Assembly (NCBI GenBank): GCA_964442455.1 | Contig: CAYTZB010000003.1 | Location: forward strand, 19,842-83,841 | DNA length: 64,000 nucleotides | Reading direction: 5' to 3' | Origin: an uncultured Gammaproteobacteria bacterium | Lineage (GTDB): Bacteria > Patescibacteriota > Microgenomatia > UBA8517 > JACQJR01 | Shown here: in pieces, positions 20,384 to 29,570 of the stretch | Position numbering within the stretch: position 1 is the first letter of the stretch | How the letters are laid out: the number at the start of each line of letters is the position of its first letter | Notes under the pieces: generated by a model | The model's database searches: none | What the model saw: only the letters and a program-made list of their open reading frames with translations | What the model was told of the DNA's origin: nothing | Translations under genes and position numbers: made by a program

Positions 20384-21889
20384 ATGAAGGTAGTTACTGA
20401 CCTTCACTCACATTCTCGCTATGCTCGGGCGGTTTCTCAACAGATGGTGCTTCCGGTAATTTCCGAGTGGGCAGCAAGAAAAGGAATAGATGTAGTTTCG
20501 ACAGGGGATTGGACGCATCCGTTGTGGTTAAGAGAGATTCAAGCACAGCTTGAAGAAGTAGCACCAGGCCTTTATGCAGTAAGGGCGGGTGACACGGGTG
20601 GAAGGGGTCCCGACACGCGCGCAGACTTTAATGTCGAGCACTGGCGGGAGGGAAAACCCGGGGCAGGACCCGCCTTTCCATTGTTCCTTCTTTCCACAGA
20701 AGTTGCAGCAATTTATTCCCAAGGAGGAAAAGGACGTAGAATCCACATGCTTATTTTTGCACCCAGTTTGACGGCGGTTGAAAAGATAAACAAAGAGCTG
20801 ACGCGACGAGGCGCAAACCTTTTTTCTGATGGTAGGCCAATTTTGGGAATGTCGGCGCGTGATGTAACACAGATTGTATTGGAAGCGGACGAGCGGTGTC
20901 TTGTAATACCGGCTCACGCGTGGACCCCTTGGTTTTCTCTTTATGGTTCAATGTCTGGTTTCGACTCAATTGAAGAGTGTTTTGGAGATATGGCGAAATT
21001 TGTTTATGGTATTGAAACGGGATTGTCGTCCGACCCTGCAATGAATTGGAGGGTTGCTGATTTAGACAATCGGGCAATTCTTTCGTTTTCAGATGCACAT
21101 AGCCCGGCAAAGTTGGGGAGAGAGGCGACGGTGTTTGATCTGCCGGAAGTAAGCTACAACAGCATCTACGATGCTATTAGGTTATCGGGTAACTGGGACA
21201 CTGGGACACTGGGTAAAAATAATCCCAGTAACCAAGATACCCAGAAACCTAGTAACCCCAAAATTGCTTATACCATTGAGTTTTATCCTGAGGAAGGAAA
21301 ATATCATTTTACTGGCCATCGTGATTGCAACGTTCGTCAAACTCCCGAGGAGACAAAAGAGTTGGGGACTACTTGCCCTGTATGTAAAAGACTATTAACA
21401 GTTGGGGTTATGCACCGCGTTGAAGAACTTGCGAAGCGACAAAACTCGCGCCGGGCCAGAGGCCCTCAAGGGCCGGAGGCAAAACTAAAAACTAAAAATG
21501 ACGAGCATGGTGTGCGGTGGATACAGCATCAGCAGAATAATCGTCCTTCTTACGTGATGATAGTGCCGTTGCTCGAGATTTTATCGGAAGCAATTGGGTC
21601 ACTAACGACAAGCCAAAGAGTTATTAATGAGTATAAAAAGTTAACTGAATTATTGGGAAGTGAGTTCTTTGTTTTACTACAAACAAAATCCGAAGAAATC
21701 GAAAGAGTATCTGGAGGGAAAATACGAGAAGCACTTGAGAAAGTGAGAAGTGGTAATATTGTCATCGAGCCGGGGTATGATGGAGTTTTTGGAAAAGTAA
21801 AAATATGGCGTGAAGAAACGCAAAGAGCAAAGGGGAAAATGCAAAGCATAGAAGAAGAAAATAAAGAGAGCCAGATGGGACTATTCTAA
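20384..21889 (+). CDS. PHP-domain nuclease, Endonuclease Q-like (TIGR00375-type)
   Basis: N-terminal DLHSHSRYA PHP motif. Internal AHAWTPWFSLYG and SFSDAHSPAKLGRE segments as in EndoQ. C-terminal Cys/His zinc-ribbon-like HRDCN...TCPVCKR. Also carries low-complexity inserts and one copy of a GC-rich palindrome. Confidence 0.55.
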   Translation: MKVVTDLHSHSRYARAVSQQMVLPVISEWAARKGIDVVSTGDWTHPLWLREIQAQLEEVAPGLYAVRAGDTGGRGPDTRADFNVEHWREGKPGAGPAFPLFLLSTEVAAIYSQGGKGRRIHMLIFAPSLTAVEKINKELTRRGANLFSDGRPILGMSARDVTQIVLEADERCLVIPAHAWTPWFSLYGSMSGFDSIEECFGDMAKFVYGIETGLSSDPAMNWRVADLDNRAILSFSDAHSPAKLGREATVFDLPEVSYNSIYDAIRLSGNWDTGTLGKNNPSNQDTQKPSNPKIAYTIEFYPEEGKYHFTGHRDCNVRQTPEETKELGTTCPVCKRLLTVGVMHRVEELAKRQNSRRARGPQGPEAKLKTKNDEHGVRWIQHQQNNRPSYVMIVPLLEILSEAIGSLTTSQRVINEYKKLTELLGSEFFVLLQTKSEEIERVSGGKIREALEKVRSGNIVIEPGYDGVFGKVKIWREETQRAKGKMQSIEEENKESQMGLF

Positions 21890-22518
21890 TGTTTCTCTCG
21901 CGCGAACAAGCAGCCGAATTACTTGCCCAACAATTAAAAGAAAAAGGCTATGGTGGAGAGAATACTATTGTTCTTGCAATCCCGCGAGGTGGGGTGGTAA
22001 CGGGTAGAGTAGTTGCCGATGCCCTTGGTGCACCGCTTGATATTGTGATCACTCGCAAAATTCCTGCCCCCCATCAACCTGAGTTGGCGCTTGGGGCAGT
22101 TGGTCCTGAAGGGGTTAGAATTGTGAATTGGGAAACTGTCGCTCATGCAGGTGTTGATGAGGAGTATATAGATACGAAAAGTGAATTATTAGAAAAGGAA
22201 ATAGCAGAGAGAGAACGACTGTTTCGTGGTGGTAAACCTGCGCTTGATGTAAACAAAAAAGTAGTCATGGTAACTGATGATGGAGTGGCGACAGGGGCAA
22301 CGGTTGAGGCAGCAGTTGCATATCTAGGGACAAAAAATCCAAGTAAAATTGTTGTTGCTGTACCAGTTGCTTCTCAAGATGCTGTAATGAAATTAACCCC
22401 GCTTGTTGATGAGATGGTAGTGCTTGAAAGTCCGGAAGATTTCGGAGCTGTTGGTCAATTCTACAGACAGTTTCCCCAAGTAACCGACGAGGAAGTTATA
22501 GAGATACTTAGAGGTTAG
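21889..22518 (+). CDS. phosphoribosyltransferase-domain protein
   Basis: Type I PRTase PRPP-binding motif VVMVTDDGVATGATVEAA. 209 aa. Start overlaps the previous stop (ATGA). Confidence 0.65.
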   Translation: MFLSREQAAELLAQQLKEKGYGGENTIVLAIPRGGVVTGRVVADALGAPLDIVITRKIPAPHQPELALGAVGPEGVRIVNWETVAHAGVDEEYIDTKSELLEKEIAERERLFRGGKPALDVNKKVVMVTDDGVATGATVEAAVAYLGTKNPSKIVVAVPVASQDAVMKLTPLVDEMVVLESPEDFGAVGQFYRQFPQVTDEEVIEILRG

Positions 22519-22533
22519 CTATTAGAGGTTAGT

Positions 22534-22914
22534 ATGGCAAAAATAGCATCATTTGAGGATCTAAAAGTTTGGCAAAAGGCTCGAGAGTTAGTTAATATTT
22601 TGTATGATTTGACTGTTAATCTTCCTCAGGAAGAAAAATTCAACCTTATAGATCAAATGAGGCGGGCTGTGGTATCTATTACAGCAAATATAGCTGAGGG
22701 ATTTTCGCGTTACCATCTCGCAGAAAGTATTATGTTCTATCGTAATGCGCGCGGCTCACTCTCTGAATTAAAAAGTCACTTATATGTTTGTTTTGATCGT
22801 CAATATATTGACGAAGGAACTTTAGGAGATCTTTTTAGTAAGATAGATGAGGTAGGTAAAATGTTAAATGGTTTGATTAATAAAACCGAAACATTTAGAA
22901 AAACTAGGCTCTAA
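22534..22914 (+). CDS. four-helix-bundle protein (23S rRNA intervening-sequence protein family, TIGR02436-like)
   Basis: DLKVWQKARELV...ITANIAEGFSRY...ARGSLSELKSHL pattern, typical of this family. Confidence 0.75.
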   Translation: MAKIASFEDLKVWQKARELVNILYDLTVNLPQEEKFNLIDQMRRAVVSITANIAEGFSRYHLAESIMFYRNARGSLSELKSHLYVCFDRQYIDEGTLGDLFSKIDEVGKMLNGLINKTETFRKTRL

Positions 22915-22926
22915 CAGCCAATAGCT

Positions 22927-23415
22927 ATGCAACTAATAGTAGGATTGGGTAATCCAGGGAAACAGTATGAGAACACCCGACATAACGTTGGGTACATTGT
23001 AATTGAGGAACTCAAAAAGAGAAAATTACCTAAAAGTGTAGTAGCTAAGAAAACTGGTGTTTATATGAATGAGTCGGGCAAAGCAGTAAAAAAACTGACT
23101 ACTGACTACCGACTACTGACTACCGCCCTCTATGTTGTTCATGACGACTTAGATATTCCACTTGGACAGTTTAAAATTCAGTTTGCCAAAGGGCCAAAAG
23201 ATCATAAGGGAATACAATCGATTGAGGAGACGCTTGGAACAAATGAATTTTGGAGAGTTAGAGTTGGAATAGAAAATAGGGGACAGGTTACAGGGAACAG
23301 GGAAAAAGGTGAGGAATATGTGTTGCAAGATTGGACGAGTGAGGAGCGCACTATAATAGATGCTGTTATTAAGGAAGTAGTACGTGAGATTACTCGTCGG
23401 ATTCGGGAAGCTTAG
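22927..23415 (+). CDS. pth: peptidyl-tRNA hydrolase
   Basis: N-terminal LIVGLGNPGKQYENTRHNVG with catalytic His. Short low-complexity insert. Confidence 0.85.
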   Translation: MQLIVGLGNPGKQYENTRHNVGYIVIEELKKRKLPKSVVAKKTGVYMNESGKAVKKLTTDYRLLTTALYVVHDDLDIPLGQFKIQFAKGPKDHKGIQSIEETLGTNEFWRVRVGIENRGQVTGNREKGEEYVLQDWTSEERTIIDAVIKEVVREITRRIREA

Positions 23416-24043
23416 TTTCTTCTGTTGACGGCAAGAGAGAATGATGGTAATGCTTTTTAAGCAAGATAAGTGAAATTATAAATGAGGTAAATGTCAATAA
23501 GAAAAGAAGCCAGAGAAGGGTGTAAAAACCAAAGATAGATGCAATAAGTGCCCCTACAAACGATCCTGTTGCCGAGACAAGGAATGCCATGGCATTCCAG
23601 TTGCCCCATGCAATTGCAAGATGGCTGGGTGCACTTTGAGAAAGTAACACATCATATGCCGGTACTCTTATTGCTGTTGCAACGCCAAGAATAAATTGGA
23701 CCATAAAGAGTAAAGATGGAGAAGAAACAAAGAGGTAGAGAAAATACCCGAGCGATGCTACGAAGTATCCTATGACAACGAAGTGCCTGAAGTCTCTTAC
23801 TCTATCTTCAATGCGCGAGAAGAGAAAAATTCCAATTCCTGCTGTAAGGGAGTAGATAGTCACTGCAATACCCGCTTCTAAAATCCCCCCTCCCACTCGC
23901 TCGACAAAAATAGCAAAAATAGGCGCAATTAGCGATGCTCCTGTAATAAGCAATCCATCAGTTAAATAAAGAATTGCTCTCAAAATGAGGTTTGAAAATG
24001 CTTTACGAACCTGTTCTGTTAAATAAGATAGCACTTTTATCAT
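23390..24043 (-). CDS. MFS-like six-helix membrane protein (half-size; possibly truncated transporter)
   Basis: 217 aa with about 6 TM helices, resembling one half of a major-facilitator transporter. No partner half is adjacent. Confidence 0.35.
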   Translation of the reverse strand: MIKVLSYLTEQVRKAFSNLILRAILYLTDGLLITGASLIAPIFAIFVERVGGGILEAGIAVTIYSLTAGIGIFLFSRIEDRVRDFRHFVVIGYFVASLGYFLYLFVSSPSLLFMVQFILGVATAIRVPAYDVLLSQSAPSHLAIAWGNWNAMAFLVSATGSFVGALIASIFGFYTLLWLLFLLTFTSFIISLILLKKHYHHSLLPSTEETKLPESDE

Positions 24044-24071
24044 TTCCGGTCTTCTAGTCTATAATACTGGT

Positions 24072-24371
24072 ATGCAGTCTATAAAACAAATACTTGATAA
24101 ATTTGATCCCTTAAAAGATAAATACATTTCTCGGGAGTTTCAGAAGTATGGATATGAGTTAGCCGAGGAGTTGGGGGATTTAGAGCATAAAGGGCTCTAT
24201 ATGAAACTTGCAAAAGAGTTGCCAAGAGCAATATTGGAGCATGCACGGAATTTTGTGAAGGATGCGGGGAGTGTGGATTCAAGGCCGAGATTGTTCATGT
24301 GGAAAGTAACTCAGCTCCGTAAGGAACTGAAAGCACGAAGCACGAAATCCGAAGCACGAAACAATATTTAA
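24072..24371 (+). CDS. hypothetical protein; C-terminal tail encoded by a palindromic repeat
   Basis: 99-aa ORF. Its last roughly 14 codons (KARSTKSEARNNI) come from the CGAAGCACGAA repeat element. Confidence 0.3.
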   Translation: MQSIKQILDKFDPLKDKYISREFQKYGYELAEELGDLEHKGLYMKLAKELPRAILEHARNFVKDAGSVDSRPRLFMWKVTQLRKELKARSTKSEARNNI

Positions 24372-24443
24372 TGTTTTAAACATTTTAAAATTCAAAACGT
24401 TTTGAATTTGTTTCGAATTTCGATATTCGAATTTCGAATTTAT
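24329..24443. repeat. AT-rich palindromic element, CGAAGCACGAA...TTCGAATTTCG family (intergenic copy)
   Basis: GAAGCACGAA units on the left arm and TTCGAATTTCG units on the right arm form an imperfect long hairpin. Same family as the rRNA insertions. Confidence 0.6.
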
Positions 24444-24450
24444 TAAGACT

Positions 24451-25422
24451 ATGTCATTAGACGGTAACTGGATTGATTTAATAATTTTGATTATCCTTGC
24501 TTTCTATGTCCTCGAAGGATACGAGAGGGGAGTGTGGATACTTCTTGCTGATTTGGCTTCCTTTATTGGGGCGCTTGCCGCGGCACTGCGGTTTTATCCT
24601 ACGGGCAGCAAGTTTTTTATTGATAATTTTTCTCTTCCTCACTCATTTGCCAATGCGCTTGGGTTTCTGGTGATTGCAGTACTTTCTGAAGTCATTTTTT
24701 CCACTCTCATTGTACGATGGGTATTGCCTAAACTTCCGCGTGCACTATGGGAGACGCGACTGCAAAAATTCCTTGGGATTATTCCCTCCTTCATTAATGG
24801 TCTTATTCTTATTGCCTTTTTCTTGACACTTTTTATTGCGTTGCCACTTCGTCCACCCATAAAAACAGCGATTAACAACTCAAAAATTGGTGGCTACTTA
24901 GTTTCCCAAACGGTTCGGCTTGAGCGTCAATTGGCAGATATCTTTGGGGGAGCCCTTAAGGATACGTTAACTTATTTTACGATTGAGCCTCAATCTCATG
25001 AAAGCGTTCCTCTTAATTTTGAGCCAGAAGAACTTACCGTTGATGAGGCGGCGGAAACGCAAATGTTCGCACTTGTTAACAAAGAGCGTCGCGAGCGGGG
25101 AATACCCGAGCTTGTGTGGGATCAGAAAATTGTTATCGTGGCGCGAGCGCATTCACGCGACATGTGGGAGCGACGCTATTTTTCGCATGTTGACCCTGAT
25201 GGAAAAAGTCCGGGTGATCGGCTTGAACAAGGTGGTGTGAATTTTACGTACGCAGGTGAAAATCTTGCCCTTGCCCCAACGACACAGCTTGCCCACCAAG
25301 GCTTAATGAACTCTGAAGGCCACAGACGCAATATTTTAGACCCAAGTTTCAGAAGAGTGGGGATTGGAGTAATAGACGGTGGAGTTTATGGAAAGATGTT
25401 TACGCAGAACTTTGCTGATTAG
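24451..25422 (+). CDS. CvpA-like membrane domain fused to a CAP/SCP (cysteine-rich secretory protein) domain
   Basis: N-terminal multi-TM region like colicin V production protein. C-terminal CAP motifs HSRDM...GENL...GHRRNILDPSFRRVGIGV. Confidence 0.6.
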   Translation: MSLDGNWIDLIILIILAFYVLEGYERGVWILLADLASFIGALAAALRFYPTGSKFFIDNFSLPHSFANALGFLVIAVLSEVIFSTLIVRWVLPKLPRALWETRLQKFLGIIPSFINGLILIAFFLTLFIALPLRPPIKTAINNSKIGGYLVSQTVRLERQLADIFGGALKDTLTYFTIEPQSHESVPLNFEPEELTVDEAAETQMFALVNKERRERGIPELVWDQKIVIVARAHSRDMWERRYFSHVDPDGKSPGDRLEQGGVNFTYAGENLALAPTTQLAHQGLMNSEGHRRNILDPSFRRVGIGVIDGGVYGKMFTQNFAD

Positions 25423-25843
25423 GCGAAGTATTACCACTGTTTTTACTTCTTAGTTCATGGAGTTCCTCAAGAGCAGTTTTAATTTCCAGTTCTCTTTTTG
25501 GGCCGATTAGTATTAGATAATTAGATAACTGTTGGTCTTTTCCTATAGTTTCTTCGAGCTGAGTTATTGTTTCTATACCGTTCCTTCTTAGAGCTGAGTG
25601 GGTTCCATAGGGTAAACTAAGATGAGTTAGAGCGTTATCACCCCATTGTTTAATGTTCAATTGATACAGATTAAATAGTTGTCTTGCGGTATAAGGCAGA
25701 CTTTTATAATCGATTGAGGATAAATCAAGTTTTCCGTCAACACGATTCGTGGCAAAAAATTGATGGGTTCTACCCTTGTAGTTTTCAGAAAATACTTTGC
25801 CTGATTCTGACTGAAGCGGTAGGTCTTCTTCCTGTTCAGCCAT
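25400..25843 (-). CDS. hypothetical protein with RpoA-CTD-like helix-hairpin-helix segment
   Basis: LSLPYGTHSALRRNGIETITQL resembles the RNA polymerase alpha C-terminal domain HhH. 147 aa. Confidence 0.3.
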   Translation of the reverse strand: MAEQEEDLPLQSESGKVFSENYKGRTHQFFATNRVDGKLDLSSIDYKSLPYTARQLFNLYQLNIKQWGDNALTHLSLPYGTHSALRRNGIETITQLEETIGKDQQLSNYLILIGPKRELEIKTALEELHELRSKNSGNTSPNQQSSA

Positions 25844-25905
25844 AGTTTTAACAGGTTAGGTTATAATTTTACTACAACTTACTGAAATTACAAATTTTTA
25901 AAGGT

Positions 25906-26244
25906 ATGAATATGGGTAAATATGAAGAAATTTATGCAGTTGTAAGAAAGATTCCAAAAGGGAAAGTGGCAACGTATGGGCAGATAGCGAAACAGTTAAA
26001 AGTTCAAAATGCAAAGTTAAAATTTAACCCAAGATTAGTGGGACGAGCGCTTCATAAGAATCCATACCCCAAAATTATTCCGTGTCATCGGGTGGTTGAT
26101 AGAAATGGAAAAATTGCAGATAGCTTTGCCTTTGGTGGTGCAAGGGAACAAAGGAAACGATTGTTGGAAGAAGGAGTGGGATTTAAAGATACTATGCATG
26201 TGGATTTGGGGAAATGCTTTTGGGGAATTTCTGTAGTAAAATAA
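25906..26244 (+). CDS. methylated-DNA--protein-cysteine methyltransferase, DNA-binding domain (MGMT/Ogt-like)
   Basis: Active-site PCHRVV motif with the cysteine retained. Short 112-aa single-domain form. Confidence 0.7.
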   Translation: MNMGKYEEIYAVVRKIPKGKVATYGQIAKQLKVQNAKLKFNPRLVGRALHKNPYPKIIPCHRVVDRNGKIADSFAFGGAREQRKRLLEEGVGFKDTMHVDLGKCFWGISVVK

Positions 26245-26251
26245 ATGCAGG

Positions 26252-26815
26252 ATGGGTAGACAGCGCTTTCTGTTTCTTTCAATTCCTGTTTTAATTTTTA
26301 TCGCATTTTTGATTGGGACAAAAATTGGAAAGGTTGGTTTTCCATACGGTGCAGTTGCTGGCTCACTCGAAAAATTTGAATATCTCGCAAAACAACAAAG
26401 CAATGTTTGTGCAAGGCTTAGTGCAGAACAACTTTCAACTTATCCTGAAGATGCGCGACTTGCGGGTTCTTGTTGTGGACCTATGGATTTCCACAGCTAT
26501 AGTGAGCAAGTCGAGGGTTTAAAAAAATACAAAAGCATTTCTCAAATTCCAAAAGACCCATATGATATACCAGTAACGCTTGCCAAAGAGCTCCTAAGTT
26601 ATAAAGATAATATTACGCTTAATTCGGATCAGCAAAAAGTTTATGATGAGGCTACAGAATTATCTCATGAAGGTGGACCGTGTTGTTGTCGGTGTTGGCG
26701 TTGGGATGCTTTTGAAGGTTTAGCAAAATACTTAATAACACAAAATAATTTTACATCTGAACAAATTGCCAAAATTTGGGATTTGGAAGATGGGTGCGGC
26801 GGTTCGGGTCATTAG
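26252..26815 (+). CDS. membrane-anchored Cys-rich protein (uncharacterised PCC-W-D domain)
   Basis: N-terminal TM segment. Motifs GSCCGP and GGPCCCRCWRWDAFEGL. Paralogous to the C-terminal domain of the rhodanese fusion at 30588-31793. Confidence 0.35.
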   Translation: MGRQRFLFLSIPVLIFIAFLIGTKIGKVGFPYGAVAGSLEKFEYLAKQQSNVCARLSAEQLSTYPEDARLAGSCCGPMDFHSYSEQVEGLKKYKSISQIPKDPYDIPVTLAKELLSYKDNITLNSDQQKVYDEATELSHEGGPCCCRCWRWDAFEGLAKYLITQNNFTSEQIAKIWDLEDGCGGSGH

Positions 26816-26864
26816 GGTAAGCTTGACTTCTCTCATAAACCTGAACTAGAATGGCGTAGTTCTC

Positions 26865-27104
26865 ATGGCCCGCGAACAAGAAGGCTACTACACGCCCGAT
26901 CCTGAATCAGAGTCCCAGAGAGAGGCAACGATAGCTGTGTATCAGAAATTACCTCCCACAGAGAAAGTCATGATAGATGAACTCGTAAGACGTATCGAGG
27001 AGAAGAGAATAAGAAGGTTTGGAATAAGGAGTGCAATTGAGTTCATAGGTGCCTTAGGAATTTTTCTTGTTAGACAAGAAGAAAACACTGTAAAGAGACC
27101 GTAG
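26865..27104 (+). CDS. hypothetical small protein
   Basis: 79-aa ORF only. Confidence 0.15.
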   Translation: MAREQEGYYTPDPESESQREATIAVYQKLPPTEKVMIDELVRRIEEKRIRRFGIRSAIEFIGALGIFLVRQEENTVKRP

Positions 27105-27135
27105 GATTTTCTGCCCGCACATAAAAGAAGAATAT

Positions 27136-27936
27136 ATGGATGATCTTGAAAACCTTCCACGCCGCGAGCGGCGAAGACTTTTGCGTGAGCAGCAAAGAGA
27201 GCAAGAAGGGAAAAGGGGAGTAGCTGCGGGAGCACGCAATTGGATTATTGGATTATTGATTATTGTACTGTTCGCTGCTGGGGTGTGGTGGTTTTATAAA
27301 GAATCAACAAAACCTTTACCGGGGCAAGCGGTAGCAGATTTGGGTAGAGAACATGTAACTGACATATCAGACGTTACATACAATTCAAATCCACCAACAT
27401 CTGGGAAACATTTTCCGGTATGGGCAAAGAGGGGAATGTATGACAGAGTACTTTCTGATGGATATCTTCTCCATTCACTTGAGCACGGTTATGTTGTCGC
27501 AAGTTATAATTGCGACAAGTTAAAAGTTCAAAGTGTAAAGTTCAAAGTTATTTCTAGGGTTTTTGCGCATGAAACTGAAGAACCTCATGAAGAGCCGGTA
27601 GACGCAACTCCTTCAGGTGAAATAAAACCATTAACCCGAATGACAGTACAAACAAAAGCTGGTATGAGCTGGTTTACTCCCGAGGATCCGCCATCTATTG
27701 AAGTAGAACTTCCAGAGAGCTTTAAGAGTGAAAGTTGTAAAAACCTAGTTGATGAATTATCCCAAATAGCAAAAGGATACGATAGGGTTATTGTTGTTCC
27801 TAGAGTGGACCTTGACACCCCTATTGCTCTTACTGCGTGGGGAAGAATTGAAAAGATGGATAGTTTTGACCGAGAACGGATTAAGACGTTTATCTCCGCC
27901 TTCCACAACAAAGGCCCTGAAAAAACGCAAGAGTAG
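27136..27936 (+). CDS. DUF3105-like membrane-anchored protein
   Basis: N-terminal TM segment. GKHFPVWAKRG...LHSLEHGYVV signature typical of DUF3105. Confidence 0.45.
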   Translation: MDDLENLPRRERRRLLREQQREQEGKRGVAAGARNWIIGLLIIVLFAAGVWWFYKESTKPLPGQAVADLGREHVTDISDVTYNSNPPTSGKHFPVWAKRGMYDRVLSDGYLLHSLEHGYVVASYNCDKLKVQSVKFKVISRVFAHETEEPHEEPVDATPSGEIKPLTRMTVQTKAGMSWFTPEDPPSIEVELPESFKSESCKNLVDELSQIAKGYDRVIVVPRVDLDTPIALTAWGRIEKMDSFDRERIKTFISAFHNKGPEKTQE

Positions 27937-27969
27937 TAATGTTTACACACCGTTTGCTACACTAAAGAT

Positions 27970-28641
27970 ATGGAAAAGTACCCGTTTAAGATTTTAGTCG
28001 TATTTTATTCATTCACCGGGCATACAGCAAAACTCGCCACGCATATTGCAGGTGGTGCTCAAGAAATAAGTGGTGCAGATGTAATCGTGCGTCAAGCGCC
28101 AGAAATTCTTCCCAACGAGGTTTTTGAGCGCTATCCGCAGGCACAGAAAGCCAGAGAAGTAAACCAGCATATCCCTGTTGCAACTATTGAAGAGTTAACC
28201 TCTGCTGATGGCATTGCCTTTGGGACGCCAGTCCATTTTGGAAGTTTTGCAAGTCAGCTCAAACAATTTATCGATCAATTGACACCAGCATTTCTGAAAG
28301 GAACAGTGGTTGGAAAACCTGCTGTATGTTTTGCGAGTGCGGGAGGCATACACGGTGGTGAGGAGGCAGCTCTTATTTCGCTGATGATTCCACTTCTCAA
28401 CTTAGGAATGATACCAATTGGCGTACCATATCCTATTCAAGGAGAGAGTAGAGAGTTTGACGCCGGGAGCCCCTACGGCGCTATCTTTGTATCGGGACAC
28501 GAGGGTGAGAAAGAGCTTACCGAAGGCGATATAAAAATTGCTCGTATCTTAGGGAAACGACTTTCAGCTATGGCGAAGGTGATGAAATATGGGTCTATGC
28601 AATTTCCTGAATGCCAGTTTTTAACCAGTAAATACGAATAA
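27970..28641 (+). CDS. WrbA-like flavodoxin-fold NAD(P)H:quinone oxidoreductase
   Basis: KILVVFYSFTGHTAKLA flavodoxin-like FMN-binding start. Size and motifs match the WrbA family. Confidence 0.7.
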   Translation: MEKYPFKILVVFYSFTGHTAKLATHIAGGAQEISGADVIVRQAPEILPNEVFERYPQAQKAREVNQHIPVATIEELTSADGIAFGTPVHFGSFASQLKQFIDQLTPAFLKGTVVGKPAVCFASAGGIHGGEEAALISLMIPLLNLGMIPIGVPYPIQGESREFDAGSPYGAIFVSGHEGEKELTEGDIKIARILGKRLSAMAKVMKYGSMQFPECQFLTSKYE

Positions 28642-28668
28642 TCTCCGCTTGTACCCAAAACTGACCTA

Positions 28669-28716
28669 TTGACAATCCCCGAGAGGATTACTACAATATC
28701 CCTGGTGGGGGGATAT
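28669..28716 (+). promoter_or_regulatory. sigma70-like promoter (TTGACA-17 nt-TACAAT) overlapping an inverted-repeat operator ATATCCC-N5-GGGGATAT
   Basis: The -35 TTGACA lies at 28669-28674 and the -10 TACAAT at 28692-28697. A GC-rich palindrome sits at 28696-28716, resembling CsoR operators (ATACCC...GGGGTAT), directly upstream of csoR. Confidence 0.45.
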
Positions 28717-28739
28717 CCTTCAACCAACCTAGGACACAT

Positions 28740-29009
28740 ATGGCCTATAGACCAAAAGATACCCAAGAAAGAATTATTCATAGACTAAAAATTGCCGAAG
28801 GACACTTAAAACGCGTTAAGAAAATGGTTGAGATGGGTGCGTATTGTCCTGATGTTATCCACCAATCGCAAGCTGTCCAAGCAGCACTCAAAAAAGTTGA
28901 TGAGATTGTCCTCCATGGCCATCTCCACACATGCGTACTTGGAGATATTCATGGATCTGAAAAAGAAAAACTAACAGAGGAACTCGTTTTACTTTTTAAG
29001 AAGACGTAG
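28740..29009 (+). CDS. csoR: CsoR/RcnR-family metal-sensing transcriptional repressor
   Basis: 89 aa. Cys-His-Cys ligand spacing as in CsoR (..YCPDVIHQ...HLHTCV). All-helical protein. Confidence 0.75.
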   Translation: MAYRPKDTQERIIHRLKIAEGHLKRVKKMVEMGAYCPDVIHQSQAVQAALKKVDEIVLHGHLHTCVLGDIHGSEKEKLTEELVLLFKKT

Positions 29010-29012
29010 GGA

Positions 29013-29567
29013 ATGCTTTCTATGACTATGACCGACCCAAACGGGATTAACAAATTGTTAGCAAAAGTTGAGGGGGTGGTGCGTGAGAAAAAACTTGATT
29101 TATCGTCTGACGAAGACCTTTCAATCGGAATAATGAATCTTATCTCAATAGAGGAGCATCTTTTCTTTACCTCCCAAAAAACAGGCAAAGAGGAATATCT
29201 TAGCCTCTTAAATGAGGTGAGGGATATGCGCAAAGAGCTTTTGGGGCGGCTCGTTACCGACTATGAAGGAGAGGTGTGGTGTATCTCAAAGCATCTGCTT
29301 GCTGCTTCGATGAGGTTGATAGAAGTTGGAACGAAATATCTAGCAAAGGGAAAGAAATCCGATGCCCGTGAATTTTTCTCAAAAGCTTATAAGCTTTACA
29401 GTCTTTTTTGGGGACTAAATCTTGGATTAGTGAAAGTTAATGAGATTAAAAGAGAGGACGACAATGTTCGTTTCCTCAATGATGATGGAAAAAAGAGTGC
29501 ATCAGTTTCGTTACTGGACAAATTAGGGCAGGTTCTCAAAAAGGCAATTGATTGTTGCAGGGAGTAA
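29013..29567 (+). CDS. hypothetical helical protein
   Basis: 184-aa ORF co-oriented with and downstream of csoR. Confidence 0.3.
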   Translation: MLSMTMTDPNGINKLLAKVEGVVREKKLDLSSDEDLSIGIMNLISIEEHLFFTSQKTGKEEYLSLLNEVRDMRKELLGRLVTDYEGEVWCISKHLLAASMRLIEVGTKYLAKGKKSDAREFFSKAYKLYSLFWGLNLGLVKVNEIKREDDNVRFLNDDGKKSASVSLLDKLGQVLKKAIDCCRE

Positions 29568-29570
29568 CTT

